This document shows positions 54,116 to 64,000 of a stretch of DNA of 64,000 bases, piece after piece. Origin of the DNA: an uncultured Alphaproteobacteria bacterium (GTDB taxonomy: Bacteria; Pseudomonadota; Alphaproteobacteria; Micropepsales; Micropepsaceae); contig CAIOYY010000003.1 in assembly GCA_903862715.1 (NCBI GenBank), positions 1,687-65,686 of the forward strand, written 5' to 3'. The position numbers and the translations under genes are program-made. The notes below the pieces were generated by a model. It was not told the origin of the DNA and ran no database searches. It worked only from the letters and a program-made list of their open reading frames with translations. The stretch's first letter is position 1, and each line of letters opens with the position of its first letter.

Positions 54116-55480
54116 ATGAGTCTATTCGCCAAACAAAGCGCAACCGGAACCCCGTCGCCGCCACCGACGCGCAAGGGAAGAAGTATCGGCGCGACCGTGC
54201 GGCGCAATCACAGGCTGATGCTCGCAGGGGCCGCCCTCATTGCCCTTGTCGGGGTTTTTGCCTTCTGGGGCGAGGAGGAAGACACCGAGGAACAGAACCT
54301 CGCCGCCGTCAGCCGTGGCGATATCGAAAATGTCGTAACCGCCGCCGGCAATTTGCAGCCTCTGAATTTCGTCGATGTCGGCGCGCAGGTCTCGGGCCAG
54401 CTGGATACGCTCTATGTCGATGCGGGCGATCAGGTGATGGAAGGCGATCTTCTCGCCGAGATCGATGCGACCGTGCAGATGACTCAGGTGGCTTCGATCC
54501 GCGCGCAATTGCAGGCGCTTCAGGCCGAACTACAGGACCGGCAGGCGCAACTGCGGCTCGCGCGCATTCAGGCCGAGCGTCAGGCGCGCCTCATGGCCGA
54601 TAACGCGACCAGCCAGGAAGAGATCGACAGTGCGGACGCAACGCTTACATCGGCCGAAGCGCAACTGAGATCCACAGAGGCCCGGATCGATGAAGTGCGT
54701 TCCGAATTGCAGGGCGAGGAAGCCCTGCTCGGCTACAGCAAAATCTATGCACCTTTCTCCGGCACGATATCCTCCATTACAGCGAAGGAAGGTCAGACGC
54801 TGAATGCCAACCAATCCGCGCCGACCATTCTGCAGATTGCCGATCTGTCGAAGATGACGGTTTCGACGCAGGTATCGGAAGCCGATGTTCCCAAACTCAA
54901 CATCGGCATGGACGCCTACTTCACGACGCTGGGCGGCGGCGCGCGGCGCTGGAGCGGAAATCTCCGCCAAATTCTTCCGACGCCCACCGTCGTCAACAAT
55001 GTCGTCCTCTACACGGCGCTGTTCGAGGTCGAAAATTCCGGACAGGAATTGATGACGCAGATGACGGCGCAGGTCTTCTTCGTGGTCGATGCCGCGTACG
55101 ACGTATTGCGGGTGCCGGTGGGTGCCGTTCGGTATCAGCCACGGGAACGCCCCTCGCGCGACAACGACGGAGAAGCGGAAGGCAGCAATGGGGCACGCAA
55201 TGAAACCGCCGAGGCGACGGCGCCGCGTTCCCCCCAGCCGCAACACAGGTCCGACGAAGGCCGCCCCGCAACCGTCATGGTGGTGAACGCCGACGGCGAA
55301 ACAGAGGCGCGTGACATCGTGACCGGCGCCAGCGACCGCATCTATGTGGAAGTGAAGTCCGGACTTGAGGACGGTGACCAGGTTGTGGTTATGGCGACAG
55401 CCCGCGCGCCAGCGCAGAACAATAATAACAACAACCGATTTGGCGGCGGCTTCGGTCCGCCCATGGGCGGTCTGCCATGA
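54116..55480 (+). CDS. macA: Efflux periplasmic adaptor (membrane fusion protein), MacA-like
   Basis: TM anchor, lipoyl/hairpin blocks ([30 protein letters not shown], long coiled coil, [11 protein letters not shown]). C-terminal low-complexity tail with an N6 run. Confidence 0.8.
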   Translation: MSLFAKQSATGTPSPPPTRKGRSIGATVRRNHRLMLAGAALIALVGVFAFWGEEEDTEEQNLAAVSRGDIENVVTAAGNLQPLNFVDVGAQVSGQLDTLYVDAGDQVMEGDLLAEIDATVQMTQVASIRAQLQALQAELQDRQAQLRLARIQAERQARLMADNATSQEEIDSADATLTSAEAQLRSTEARIDEVRSELQGEEALLGYSKIYAPFSGTISSITAKEGQTLNANQSAPTILQIADLSKMTVSTQVSEADVPKLNIGMDAYFTTLGGGARRWSGNLRQILPTPTVVNNVVLYTALFEVENSGQELMTQMTAQVFFVVDAAYDVLRVPVGAVRYQPRERPSRDNDGEAEGSNGARNETAEATAPRSPQPQHRSDEGRPATVMVVNADGETEARDIVTGASDRIYVEVKSGLEDGDQVVVMATARAPAQNNNNNNRFGGGFGPPMGGLP

Positions 55481-57447
55481 GCATGTCCTATGCCGATGGC
55501 TTCGACGTCGATGCGCCACTGATCGAACTCGACGAAATTAGAAAAACCTTCATTACCGGGGGCGGCGTCGCGGTCGAAGCCTTGCGTGGCGTTTCGATGT
55601 CGATCCGCGCCGGCGAATTCGTCGCCATTATGGGCGCATCGGGTTCCGGAAAATCGACGCTCATGAACATTCTCGGCTGTCTCGATCGGCCGACCTCGGG
55701 GGCCTATCGCTTTGCCGGGCGTGAAGTCTCGGCGCTCGACGCCGATCAGCTGGCATGGCTGCGCCGCGAGGCGTTCGGCTTTGTGTTTCAGAGCTACAAT
55801 CTTCTCGCCAGCGCCACCGCCGAAGAAAATGTGGAAATACCGGCGGTCTATGCGGGGCTCGACGTCGACACGCGCAAGGAACGCGCCATCGAGCTTCTCA
55901 CGCTGCTGGGCGTCGGCGAACGCGTACATCACCGTCCGTCGCAATTGTCCGGCGGGCAGCAACAGCGCGTTTCGATCGCGCGGGCGTTGATGAATGGCGG
56001 GCAGGTTATCCTCGCCGACGAACCGACCGGCGCCCTCGATTCCAAAAGCGGCGCCGAAGTCATTCAGCTTCTCGAAAACCTTGCGGCTCAGGGCCATACC
56101 GTCATCCTCATCACGCATGACGCCAAGGTGGCCGCCCATGCGCATCGCGTCATCGAAATCCGCGACGGCGAGATCGTCGCCGACAGCGGAGCGCGGGCGG
56201 ATGCTCCGGTGCATCGTGTGACGCTGTCGGACAGCGCCAATGACAGCCCGTCGCTTTTCTCAGGGCTAAATGAATCGCTCGGCATGGCGACTCGCGCGCT
56301 GAAGGCCAACTTCTTCCGCACCATCCTGACGCTGCTCGGAATCGTTATCGGGGTCGGGTCGGTGGTCGCCATGCTGGCCATTGGGGAAGGCGCGAAGCAG
56401 CGCGTGGTGGACCAGATCGGCTCGATGGGCACCAACCTTATCGTCGTCCGGCCCCTACGAGGGCGAGACGCCACCGTGAACGCGACGCTGATGCCGGAGG
56501 ATGCCGAGGCGATTGCGCAATTGCCCAATGTCATGTCGTCGATGCCCGACGTCACCGGCGAACAGACCGTGCGATACGGCAATGTCGATTACCGTCCGGA
56601 AGATATCATCGCGACGACCACGGACCTGCCCTTCACGCGCAGCTGGCCGGTGGCGCAGGGCGCGTTCTTCACCGAGCAGGATATGGAAGATTACGCGCCG
56701 GTCGCGGTGCTGGGCGATATTGTCTACGAGACATTGTTCCCCGGCGGCGAAGATCCCGTTGGGCAATACATTCTGATTGCGAATGTTCCGTTCCAGGTGA
56801 TCGGCGTGATGTCGCCCAAGGGCGCTATGTCGGCGGCGCAGGACGCTGATGATGTGGTGTTCGTGCCGTTGACGACCGGCATGATGCGCATATTCGGTCA
56901 GCGCCATCTCGGTTCGATCACTGTTGCGGTCAGCGATATTTCGGTGATGGACGATACCCAGAACGCCATTCTCGATCTGTTGAAGGCCCGTCATGACGGT
57001 GCGGAGAGTTTCCGTATCCGCAACATGGCGGACCTTCTGGAAACCGCGACCACGGCGCAGAACACGCTGACGACGCTCCTCGCGGCGGTGGCGGCCATTT
57101 CGCTGCTGGTCGGCGGTATCGGGATCATGAATATCATGCTGGTGAGTGTGACGGAGCGCACGCGCGAGATCGGCATTCGCATGGCGACGGGCGCGCGCCA
57201 GCGCGACATCCTCCAGCAATTTCTTTCCGAGGCGTTGATGGTGTCGGCTATTGGCGGTGTGGTCGGCGTGATCGGCGGCGTTGCCGTGGGCGTCACCGTC
57301 GAAGCGTTCGGCACGCCGATTCTCTTCACGGCGACGCCGATGATTCTGGCTTTCGCTTGCGCTGCCGCGACCGGCCTTGTTTTCGGTTATGCGCCCGCGC
57401 GCAAGGCGGCACGGCTCGACCCCGTCGTCGCGCTAGCGAATGAATAG
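55477..57447 (+). CDS. macB: MacB-type ABC transporter (fused ATPase plus FtsX-like permease)
   Basis: Start overlaps the macA stop (ATGA). Walker [10 protein letters not shown], signature LSGGQQQRV, Walker [10 protein letters not shown]-terminal permease with a large periplasmic loop. Confidence 0.85.
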   Translation: MSMSYADGFDVDAPLIELDEIRKTFITGGGVAVEALRGVSMSIRAGEFVAIMGASGSGKSTLMNILGCLDRPTSGAYRFAGREVSALDADQLAWLRREAFGFVFQSYNLLASATAEENVEIPAVYAGLDVDTRKERAIELLTLLGVGERVHHRPSQLSGGQQQRVSIARALMNGGQVILADEPTGALDSKSGAEVIQLLENLAAQGHTVILITHDAKVAAHAHRVIEIRDGEIVADSGARADAPVHRVTLSDSANDSPSLFSGLNESLGMATRALKANFFRTILTLLGIVIGVGSVVAMLAIGEGAKQRVVDQIGSMGTNLIVVRPLRGRDATVNATLMPEDAEAIAQLPNVMSSMPDVTGEQTVRYGNVDYRPEDIIATTTDLPFTRSWPVAQGAFFTEQDMEDYAPVAVLGDIVYETLFPGGEDPVGQYILIANVPFQVIGVMSPKGAMSAAQDADDVVFVPLTTGMMRIFGQRHLGSITVAVSDISVMDDTQNAILDLLKARHDGAESFRIRNMADLLETATTAQNTLTTLLAAVAAISLLVGGIGIMNIMLVSVTERTREIGIRMATGARQRDILQQFLSEALMVSAIGGVVGVIGGVAVGVTVEAFGTPILFTATPMILAFACAAATGLVFGYAPARKAARLDPVVALANE

Positions 57448-58846
57448 GCGTTTCATGCGTGCGTCCCTTCTCCTTCTCTCCAGCGCTTTTCTTATCGCCG
57501 GATGCGCTACGGGCCCCGTGCCGACGCTTCAGGCGACCGACGTTCCCACCGGCTGGGAGCAGCCCATCGCCATCAATGCGCCGGTCTGGCCCGAACAGTA
57601 TTGGTGGCAGGGTTTTCAAAGCAGCGATCTCAATGCGCTGATTGCGGCGGTAGAGGCGGGCAATCTCGATCTCGCCGCCGCCGAGCAACGCATTCGCCAG
57701 GCCGATGCGCGCGTAAGGCAGGCCGGGGCATCGCTATTGCCCAATCTCGGCGTGAGCGCCGGGGGATCGCGCAGCGGCAACCCGGGCGATGCGAATTCGT
57801 TCGGCGATTCATTTCGCGCAGGGTTCAGTGCGAGCTATGAGGTCGATTTCTGGGGCGCAAACCGGGCCGGACTCGATGCCGCCGACGCAGGACGGCGGGG
57901 TACGATTGCCGATCGTGAAACCGTGGCGTTGACCGCGGTTTCGGGCGCCGCCAATACCTACTTTCAATTGCTTTCGTTGCGCGAACGTCTCGCCATCGCG
58001 CGGCTCAATCTCGACATTGCGCGTTCGGTTCTTGATGTCACGGAATCGCGGGTGCGCAACGGCATTGCGACGCCACTGGAGCTCAGCCAGCAATTGGGAA
58101 CGATCGCCGGGCAGGAAGCCATTATTCCCGATCTTGAGCAGCAATTGCTGGAAACGCGGGCGGCACTTGCGCTTCTGACGGGACGCCCGCCCGAGGGCTT
58201 CGATATTGCCGGCGACAACCTTGATGGCATCGCAACACCCAATGTGGCCCCCGGTCTTCCTTCCGAGCTTCTTTCGCGCCGTCCCGACATCTTTGCGGCG
58301 GAAGCAAACCTTGTCGCCGCGCATGCCGATCTTGTCGCGACGCGCGCGGCACTGTTTCCGTCGATTTCCCTGAGCGCCGGCGGCGGGACATCAAGCGATC
58401 TGCTGCTTGAACTTCTGAACGGCCCGGCGGCAACGCTTTCCATCGGGATCGCCCTGTCACAAACGATTTTCGATGCGGGCGGGCGCGCGGCGGGGAATGA
58501 CGCGGCGGAAGCCAGCCAACTGGAAGTGCTCGCGAATTACCGCAGCACCGTGATCTCGGCTTTCGCCGATGTGGAAATTGCCTTAGGCGCGATCACGCAT
58601 CTTGCGGAGCAGGAACGTTACGAGATGGTGCAGGCGGCGAAGGCTGAGCGCTCCTTCGATATCATCCAGTCACGCTACCGCGAGGGCGTCGCCGATTATC
58701 TGGCGCTGCTCGATGCGCAGCGTACGCTGTATGAATCGCGCGATTCACTCGGTCAGTTGAAGCTGGCCCGACTACAGGCGGTCGTCGCTCTGTTTCAGGC
58801 GCTGGGCGGCGGCTGGCAGGACGAAACCGCGCTGGCCGCGAACTGA
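57440..58846 (+). CDS. Outer membrane efflux lipoprotein, NodT/OMF family
   Basis: Overlaps the 3' end of macB. Lipobox FLIAGC. Two OEP repeats (e.g. [26 protein letters not shown]). Confidence 0.8.
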   Translation: MNRRFMRASLLLLSSAFLIAGCATGPVPTLQATDVPTGWEQPIAINAPVWPEQYWWQGFQSSDLNALIAAVEAGNLDLAAAEQRIRQADARVRQAGASLLPNLGVSAGGSRSGNPGDANSFGDSFRAGFSASYEVDFWGANRAGLDAADAGRRGTIADRETVALTAVSGAANTYFQLLSLRERLAIARLNLDIARSVLDVTESRVRNGIATPLELSQQLGTIAGQEAIIPDLEQQLLETRAALALLTGRPPEGFDIAGDNLDGIATPNVAPGLPSELLSRRPDIFAAEANLVAAHADLVATRAALFPSISLSAGGGTSSDLLLELLNGPAATLSIGIALSQTIFDAGGRAAGNDAAEASQLEVLANYRSTVISAFADVEIALGAITHLAEQERYEMVQAAKAERSFDIIQSRYREGVADYLALLDAQRTLYESRDSLGQLKLARLQAVVALFQALGGGWQDETALAAN

Positions 58847-58901
58847 TTTCAAAACCAGATAACGAAACCAGATCCGCGCGCGGGTCCGTTTTGCGGGTCC
58901 G

Positions 58902-59561
58902 TTACTGCGCAGGCGCGACCGCGCGACCTTCGGCTTCTTCCTTCATCCGCGCCATCGCGGCGGCAAAACCGGTGACTGAAAAAGGCAGCGTCAGGGCTTC
59001 GGCCTGATTATAGGGAAGGATGGTAATGGTCGTGTCTTCCGTCATCGTGGCCAGCGTATCGATCGTTGCCTGCGGCAGCGCCATTTCAACATAGCAGCCA
59101 TCGCGTTCGCAGCGGTTGAAGCTGATCCCGGTCAGCGAGTTTTCACCCGCCGCGAGCGTCATGCCGCGCGAGAGCTGTACGCCGAGTGGAACGATGAGCT
59201 GCATCGCATAAGCATCGCGCGCCGGAAGATAGGCAATCGAGATCAGCAGCACGCGCTGCTGCGTTTCGGAATTGGTTCCAATCTGCAGCACGTCGCAGGG
59301 CGCGGGCGATTCAACACGGAAGCAGCGGACGCTCCAGTTCTCATGCGGCTCGTTCAGCGCGAGATTCGGATCGACCACGGGCTGCGCCGTGGGTGCGGCG
59401 GCGGGCGCCGTGGCGGCGGGTGCTGCAGGCTCTGCAACGGCAGCGGCCGGAGCGGCGGGAGCTGTGGGGGCGGCGGCGCCTTCGGCGCCCTGCGCAAAGG
59501 CCGGGGCCGCGCCAAGAAGCGAAAGAGCGATGAGAGTGTTTCCGAGAATACGTCCGAACAT
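58902..59561 (-). CDS. Invasion-associated locus B (IalB) family protein with Ala/Pro-rich linker
   Basis: Signal peptide, low-complexity APTAPAAPAAAVAEPAAPAATAPAAAP stretch, then the IalB-type body W-x-V-x-C...C-x-L...C....GC. Confidence 0.65.
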   Translation of the reverse strand: MFGRILGNTLIALSLLGAAPAFAQGAEGAAAPTAPAAPAAAVAEPAAPAATAPAAAPTAQPVVDPNLALNEPHENWSVRCFRVESPAPCDVLQIGTNSETQQRVLLISIAYLPARDAYAMQLIVPLGVQLSRGMTLAAGENSLTGISFNRCERDGCYVEMALPQATIDTLATMTEDTTITILPYNQAEALTLPFSVTGFAAAMARMKEEAEGRAVAPAQ

Positions 59562-59621
59562 CTTCTGATGACCTTCAACTATGTGGTCTGGCGGTTGACC
59601 TTGTTTCGCGGCAAGGGAATT

Positions 59622-60218
59622 TCAGCGCGAGAGGAAGCTCCAGATGGAATTGCGGCGGCCCTGTTCATCTTCCAGCGCGGCATAACCGTCGGCGAAGCCG
59701 TTCAGGGAGTAAGGAATGGTCACCGGAGAGCCCGAAGCAGGCACCACGACGATGGCACCGTTCATGTTGGTGCGCAGCAATTCGAGCATCGCCGTATCGA
59801 GGGGGACATCGGCAAAACAACCGACGGGCATGCAGGTTTCAAACGGATGGATGACCAGCGGCTGATCGCCGACCGAAAAGCCGAGACCCGGTTCCAGGAA
59901 CACGCCATGCGGAACGGCCACACGCAGGCGGCTGCCCAGGGTCGCGTTGTCGAGCGTCAGCGAAACCTGATCGCGCACGACCTCAAGCGTGAGCGAACAG
60001 TTCGGCGTATCGTCGGTTTTCGGCGGGCAGACGACGCGCCAGTCGCCAAAACCGATAACGCGCAGTTCCTCGGGGCCGTTGCCGGAAAGGAAGCGCTCGC
60101 CGATCAGCGCCGTGGCGCCACCAGCGATGAAGATGAGCACGGGAATGACGATGGCGAAAATGGTGCGCGTCGTATTCGCGCTTCGCGACGTTTCCTGGGA
60201 GGCGTCAAAGTCCGACAT
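59622..60218 (-). CDS. IalB family protein, membrane-anchored (paralogue)
   Basis: ATG at 60218 preceded by GGAGA. TM anchor IFAIVIPVLIFIAGGATALI. WRVVCPPKTDDTPNCSL...FETCMPVGCFADV. Confidence 0.65.
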   Translation of the reverse strand: MSDFDASQETSRSANTTRTIFAIVIPVLIFIAGGATALIGERFLSGNGPEELRVIGFGDWRVVCPPKTDDTPNCSLTLEVVRDQVSLTLDNATLGSRLRVAVPHGVFLEPGLGFSVGDQPLVIHPFETCMPVGCFADVPLDTAMLELLRTNMNGAIVVVPASGSPVTIPYSLNGFADGYAALEDEQGRRNSIWSFLSR

Positions 60219-60409
60219 CAAGTCTCCAATGAATATGCGGAAAGGCCGATCTTCGGCTTCCCGGTCTCTAGGCGGCAGATGCCGCGAGGCGGTCATTTTG
60301 CAAAGGCGCGCCTTTGCCGGGGCGCCTATTTACCCTGCCGATCCGCATTTGGCGATATGCCTTGAGCGGTAAACCTTAAGGCCGGGATTTCCCGTGGATT
60401 ACAGCGGGA

Positions 60410-62494
60410 TTACCACAATTGCACCCGCTCCGCGGGCGGCAGGTAAAGGGCATTTTCCTCGGAAACCGCAAAAGCGTCGTACCAGGCATCGACATTGCGG
60501 ATGGTGCCGTTGACACGAAATTCCGGCGGGCTATGGGGGTCGGAGAGCAGCCGGCGGCGCATGGTCGCCTCCTGCGCCTTGAAGCGCCAGATCTGGGCCC
60601 AGCTCAAAAACACACGCTGAGACCCTGAGAAGCCGTCAAGAACTGGCGCTTGTGCCCCCTGCAACGACAGGTCATAGGCGGCGGCGGCAATGGTGAGGCC
60701 AGCACTGTCGGCGATGTTCTCGCCCAGCGTCAACTGCCCGTTCACGAACATGCCTTCGAGCGGGCTATAGGCATTGAACTGATCGACCAGCCGCGCAGTA
60801 CGGCCATCGAAATTCTGCCGGTCCATTTCGGTCCACCAGTTCTGCAACTCGCCGCGCGCATCATATTTGCTGCCCTGATCGTCGAAGCCATGGCTGATCT
60901 CATGTCCGATGACCGCACCGATGCCGCCATAATTGACCGCGTCGTCGGCCGCGGGATCGAAGAACGGCGCCTGCAGAATGGCGGCGGGAAACACGATCTC
61001 GTTCAGCGAAGGATTGTAATAGGCATTCACGGTTTGCGGCGACATATGCCATTCGCCCCGGTCAACCGGCTGGTCGAGCCGGGCCACATCGCGGTTCCAA
61101 TCGAATGCCACACCGCGCGCGCGATTACCGAGAAGATCGCCTTCCATCACTTCGAAGGCAGCGTAATCGCGCCACATATCCGGATAGCCGATCTTCACCG
61201 TGAAGGAGTCGGCTTTCTCGATCGCCTTCTGACGCGTTTCCTCGCCCATCCAGTCGAGCGTGCGAATCCGCTCACGGTAAACGGCCAGCAGATTTCCGAC
61301 CAGCGCCTCGGCCTCGGCCTTGGCCTCGGGTGGGAAATAGCGCCCGACATAAATCTGCCCGACGCCTTCACCGATCATCTGGTTCAGGAACTGGACGCCG
61401 CGCTTGACCCGTTCCAATTGCTGATCCTGGCCGCCGAGAATTTTGCCATGAAAGGCAAAGCTCGCTTCGTCAAAGGCGTCGGTCAGATAGGAGGCGTGCG
61501 AATCGAGATAGTGGAAGATCAGATAGTCGCGCCACACTTCGACCGGCGTCGCCGCGAACAACGCACTGAGCGGCGGGAACGCGGTGTTCTCGCTGGCGAC
61601 GATAATACGCTCGCCGTCGCCCTTCATGGGGCTGATGCCCATATTTTCGAGGAACAGCGCCCAGGGGAATTCGGGCGCGAAGGTTACGAGCGCGCTTACC
61701 GTCATCGGATTGTAAATCTTGTCGGCGTCGCGCTGGTCTTCGCGCGGCCAATGAATGCGCGCGATTTCGGTTTCCAGCGCGAAAATGGTCGCAGCCTTTT
61801 CGGGCCCGCCCTCGAAGCCACCCATCGTCAGGATTTCGGCGATATAGGCGACATAGGCTTCGCGCGCGGTGACGATATTGGGATCGTCGAGAAGATAGTA
61901 GTCCCGGTCGGGAAGGCCGAGGCCCGATTGCGTGGCGAACACCGCATAGGCGTCCGAATCCTTGTCGTCGATGCCGATGCCGACATCGAAGATGCTTTGC
62001 GTTCCCATCGGAACCGACGCCATCAGGCGGGCGATATCGTCATGGGTCTGGGCCGCGGTAATGGCGTTCAGCGCGGGGGCGGCGGGGGACAGTCCGAGAT
62101 CTTCCAGATTCTCGACATCGATATAACTGCGATAGAGATCACGCACTTTCTGATCGACCGGAGTCAGATCCTCTTTGTCCTCGAGTTCGGCGAGGATCGC
62201 CTGCACGCGTTCTTCGCTGCGGATCGACAGATCAAGAAAGGAGCCGGTGCTGGTGCGGTCGGCGGGAATCTGGACCGTGTCGAGCCAGGCGCCGTTGACG
62301 TAACGGAAGAAATCATCGCCCGGCGCGACGCGCCTATCCATGCCGTCGAGATCGATGCCCCATGGTCCCAGTTCGGCAGGGGCAGGCGGCGCGACCTCGG
62401 CCACCGGCGGCGCTTCGACGCCATAAAGCGCATACCAGGCCAGCGCACCCGCAAGCACCAATCCCGCGATCAAGGCCAATTGCTTCATGGACAC
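60410..62494 (-). CDS. M13 family zinc metallopeptidase (PepO/endothelin-converting-enzyme-like)
   Basis: 694 aa with an N-terminal anchor. Zinc motif VIGHEISHGFD, downstream GENIADSAG, and a C-terminal ...ERVQLW typical of M13. Confidence 0.85.
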   Translation of the reverse strand: MSMKQLALIAGLVLAGALAWYALYGVEAPPVAEVAPPAPAELGPWGIDLDGMDRRVAPGDDFFRYVNGAWLDTVQIPADRTSTGSFLDLSIRSEERVQAILAELEDKEDLTPVDQKVRDLYRSYIDVENLEDLGLSPAAPALNAITAAQTHDDIARLMASVPMGTQSIFDVGIGIDDKDSDAYAVFATQSGLGLPDRDYYLLDDPNIVTAREAYVAYIAEILTMGGFEGGPEKAATIFALETEIARIHWPREDQRDADKIYNPMTVSALVTFAPEFPWALFLENMGISPMKGDGERIIVASENTAFPPLSALFAATPVEVWRDYLIFHYLDSHASYLTDAFDEASFAFHGKILGGQDQQLERVKRGVQFLNQMIGEGVGQIYVGRYFPPEAKAEAEALVGNLLAVYRERIRTLDWMGEETRQKAIEKADSFTVKIGYPDMWRDYAAFEVMEGDLLGNRARGVAFDWNRDVARLDQPVDRGEWHMSPQTVNAYYNPSLNEIVFPAAILQAPFFDPAADDAVNYGGIGAVIGHEISHGFDDQGSKYDARGELQNWWTEMDRQNFDGRTARLVDQFNAYSPLEGMFVNGQLTLGENIADSAGLTIAAAAYDLSLQGAQAPVLDGFSGSQRVFLSWAQIWRFKAQEATMRRRLLSDPHSPPEFRVNGTIRNVDAWYDAFAVSEENALYLPPAERVQLW

Positions 62495-62557
62495 AGGTTC
62501 TCCTCGGCTCCTCGCGCATCATCGGCGCCAAACGCGGCATTGTCCGCCGTCAAAGGG

Positions 62558-62872
62558 TCACTCTTTAGGGAAGGGACCCAGCGGGAACGGACGCTCATCC
62601 TGCGCAAGCATGATGTAATCGAACATTTCCTGCATATAACGGCTCATGCGCCGGCTGAATTGCGCCAGCTCGTCGTTCTTTTCGCCATTGATAGCCACCG
62701 TCACGAATTGCAGCACGGCAATCACGATCACCACCCAGAAAACGACGGAGGCGATGACCGCAAACAGGATGGCATATAGAAGACGGGCCACGGGAAAAGG
62801 TTCGCGGAGAATTTCCGCAGGGGGCTGAGCCGGGGGCTCGCCCGCCCGCTGAGCGCCGAATTCATCCGTCAT
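62558..62872 (-). CDS. DUF4389 domain membrane protein
   Basis: 104 aa. ARLLYAILFAVIASVVFWVVIVIAVLQFVTVAINGEKNDEL matches the DUF4389 two-helix pattern as I recall it. Confidence 0.55.
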   Translation of the reverse strand: MTDEFGAQRAGEPPAQPPAEILREPFPVARLLYAILFAVIASVVFWVVIVIAVLQFVTVAINGEKNDELAQFSRRMSRYMQEMFDYIMLAQDERPFPLGPFPKE

Positions 62873-62979
62873 TGCCGTCTCCTTCTCGGACTATTTCTTA
62901 CTATAGCAAAGAGCGGAGCAAGGGGCTTGCCGTCCCGGCTTGCCTTGCGGCGGGCAGGAACGACATGTCGTCGCGGGTT

Positions 62980-63642
62980 TCAGGCGGACCCCACAGGGGC
63001 GGCGGTGCGATCGAACAACCCGATTGTCAGCAGGCCGGCGAAATAGCCTCCCATATGTGCGACCCAGGCGATCAGATCGCCCTCCTCGCTGAGGCCAAGG
63101 CCGGAGACCCCGGCGACGACATTGATCGCCAGCCAGATGGCGGTGAAAAACATTACCGGGCGTGAAAAGACCGAAACGAGCGGCGCGCCGAACACCCGAT
63201 GCCGCTCCGTATATAATATGCGAATGGCGCCCCCCATCAGACCCGCTATGGCGCCCGACGCGCCGATCACTGGCACGGATGAGCCCCAATCTGAGGCAAG
63301 CTGGGCCGCGGCCGCAGCCACGCCGCAGAAAAAATAGAAGGCGAGAAAGCGGAATGTTCCCAGGCGGCGGGCGACCGGCGGGCCGAAGGCCAGAAGCCAA
63401 AGGCAGTTCAACCCGACATGCGCATAGCTGCCATGGAGAAAGAGATAGGTCGCCCAGGTCTGGATCTGGCTGTAGTCCGCAGGAATGAACGCGAAGGTGA
63501 CGAGGATATCGTCCGCGGTCGTGGCGGGCAGCAGCACGCGCCCTACATGCGCGACAAGGATAACGCCGATTAACCACAAAACCGATGCGGGGGCGTTCAG
63601 AAACGGCTCCCGAGAGGGTCCGGTGTCTTGAAAAAAGGCCAT
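62980..63642 (-). CDS. Rhomboid family intramembrane serine protease
   Basis: ATG at 63642. LFLHGSYAHVGLNCLWLLAFG, catalytic GASGAIAGLMG, and downstream AHMGGYFAGL (the His). Confidence 0.8.
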   Translation of the reverse strand: MAFFQDTGPSREPFLNAPASVLWLIGVILVAHVGRVLLPATTADDILVTFAFIPADYSQIQTWATYLFLHGSYAHVGLNCLWLLAFGPPVARRLGTFRFLAFYFFCGVAAAAAQLASDWGSSVPVIGASGAIAGLMGGAIRILYTERHRVFGAPLVSVFSRPVMFFTAIWLAINVVAGVSGLGLSEEGDLIAWVAHMGGYFAGLLTIGLFDRTAAPVGSA

Positions 63643-64000
63643 GCCCTCTCTCGGATCATATGGCCGAAGGTCTGACGACGAACATTCGTTGCCGACCCCG
63701 ACGACATTTCCGGGTCTATCCAATCCCTCTCGGGAATGCGAGCCCGGAGATAGCAGGGAACTTGTGCGCGGCGCCGTCGCCGCGCCCCGCAACGGTACGG
63801 GACCGAACGCCCATCCCCGCAATTCGTCTTGATCTGGCACAGATTGCAGAGGTCAGAGCGCTGCGGAGTTGGCACGGCGGTTGCTCTTAAGGGTCCGAGA
63901 CATATTGGACGACCCGTCATGGATCGGCCTCTGATCGAGGGGTTCAAATGTGCCGCCGTGATTCGCCCGTAACCGACCGGGCTGACACAGGCGTATTTCC

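Noticed and set aside
60650-62779. 709-aa plus-strand ORF, the longest in the track for this region
   Set aside because: It is antisense to the M13 peptidase gene, which has an intact HExxH zinc motif and correct length. The plus-strand product is low-complexity, Arg/Gly/Asp-rich and without motifs, and it runs across the intergenic gap into the next minus-strand gene.
63643-64000. Possible gene or tRNA in the final 360 nt (ORF 63597..63947 on the minus strand; a ggttcaaat-like T-loop near 63940)
   Set aside because: The ORF product is Arg/Cys-rich without motifs. I could not fold a cloverleaf around the T-loop-like string. I leave the region unannotated.

Overview
This is a GC-rich, gene-dense chromosomal segment, almost certainly from an alphaproteobacterium, because it carries the class-specific PhyR/NepR/EcfG general stress response locus. 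I can support about 70 protein-coding genes, 4 apparent single-base frameshifts, 7 EcfG-type promoter motifs, 4 hairpin terminators and two families of short intergenic hairpin repeats. I saw no rRNA, tRNA, CRISPR array, transposase, integrase or phage genes.

Layout:
- 1-8.4 kb: small-molecule (aromatic or organic acid type) catabolic genes, including tandem bicupin paralogues.
- 8.6-14.2 kb: envelope proteins, including three tandem lipoprotein paralogues, and an ArsR-SRPBCC pair.
- 14.4-18.7 kb: two gentisate-dioxygenase-like bicupins and two alpha/beta hydrolases.
- 18.9-20.4 kb: type III polyketide synthase plus an ICMT-type methyltransferase.
- 20.4-24.4 kb: otsB-GH15-otsA trehalose operon.
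- 24.5-29 kb: assorted detoxification and redox enzymes.
- 29.1-36.4 kb: three tandem modules, each pairing a Tat-signal ThDP enzyme with a monoheme cytochrome c. This is my top candidate for an undescribed system. It is flanked by a frameshifted AapJ-like binding protein and by a divergent operon encoding a Tat-signal flavin amine oxidase, two small membrane proteins and two secreted paralogues.
- 41-46 kb: fadE and a fused egtB-egtD.
- 46-53.8 kb: the general stress response locus plus regulon-type small proteins, including a 98-aa Gln/Asn-rich protein.
- 54-58.8 kb: macAB-OMF efflux system.
- 58.9-63.6 kb: IalB paralogues, M13 peptidase, DUF4389 protein and rhomboid protease.

The many long ORFs in the track that lie opposite these genes are GC-driven shadow ORFs. 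All family assignments come from motif recognition by eye, not from database searches.
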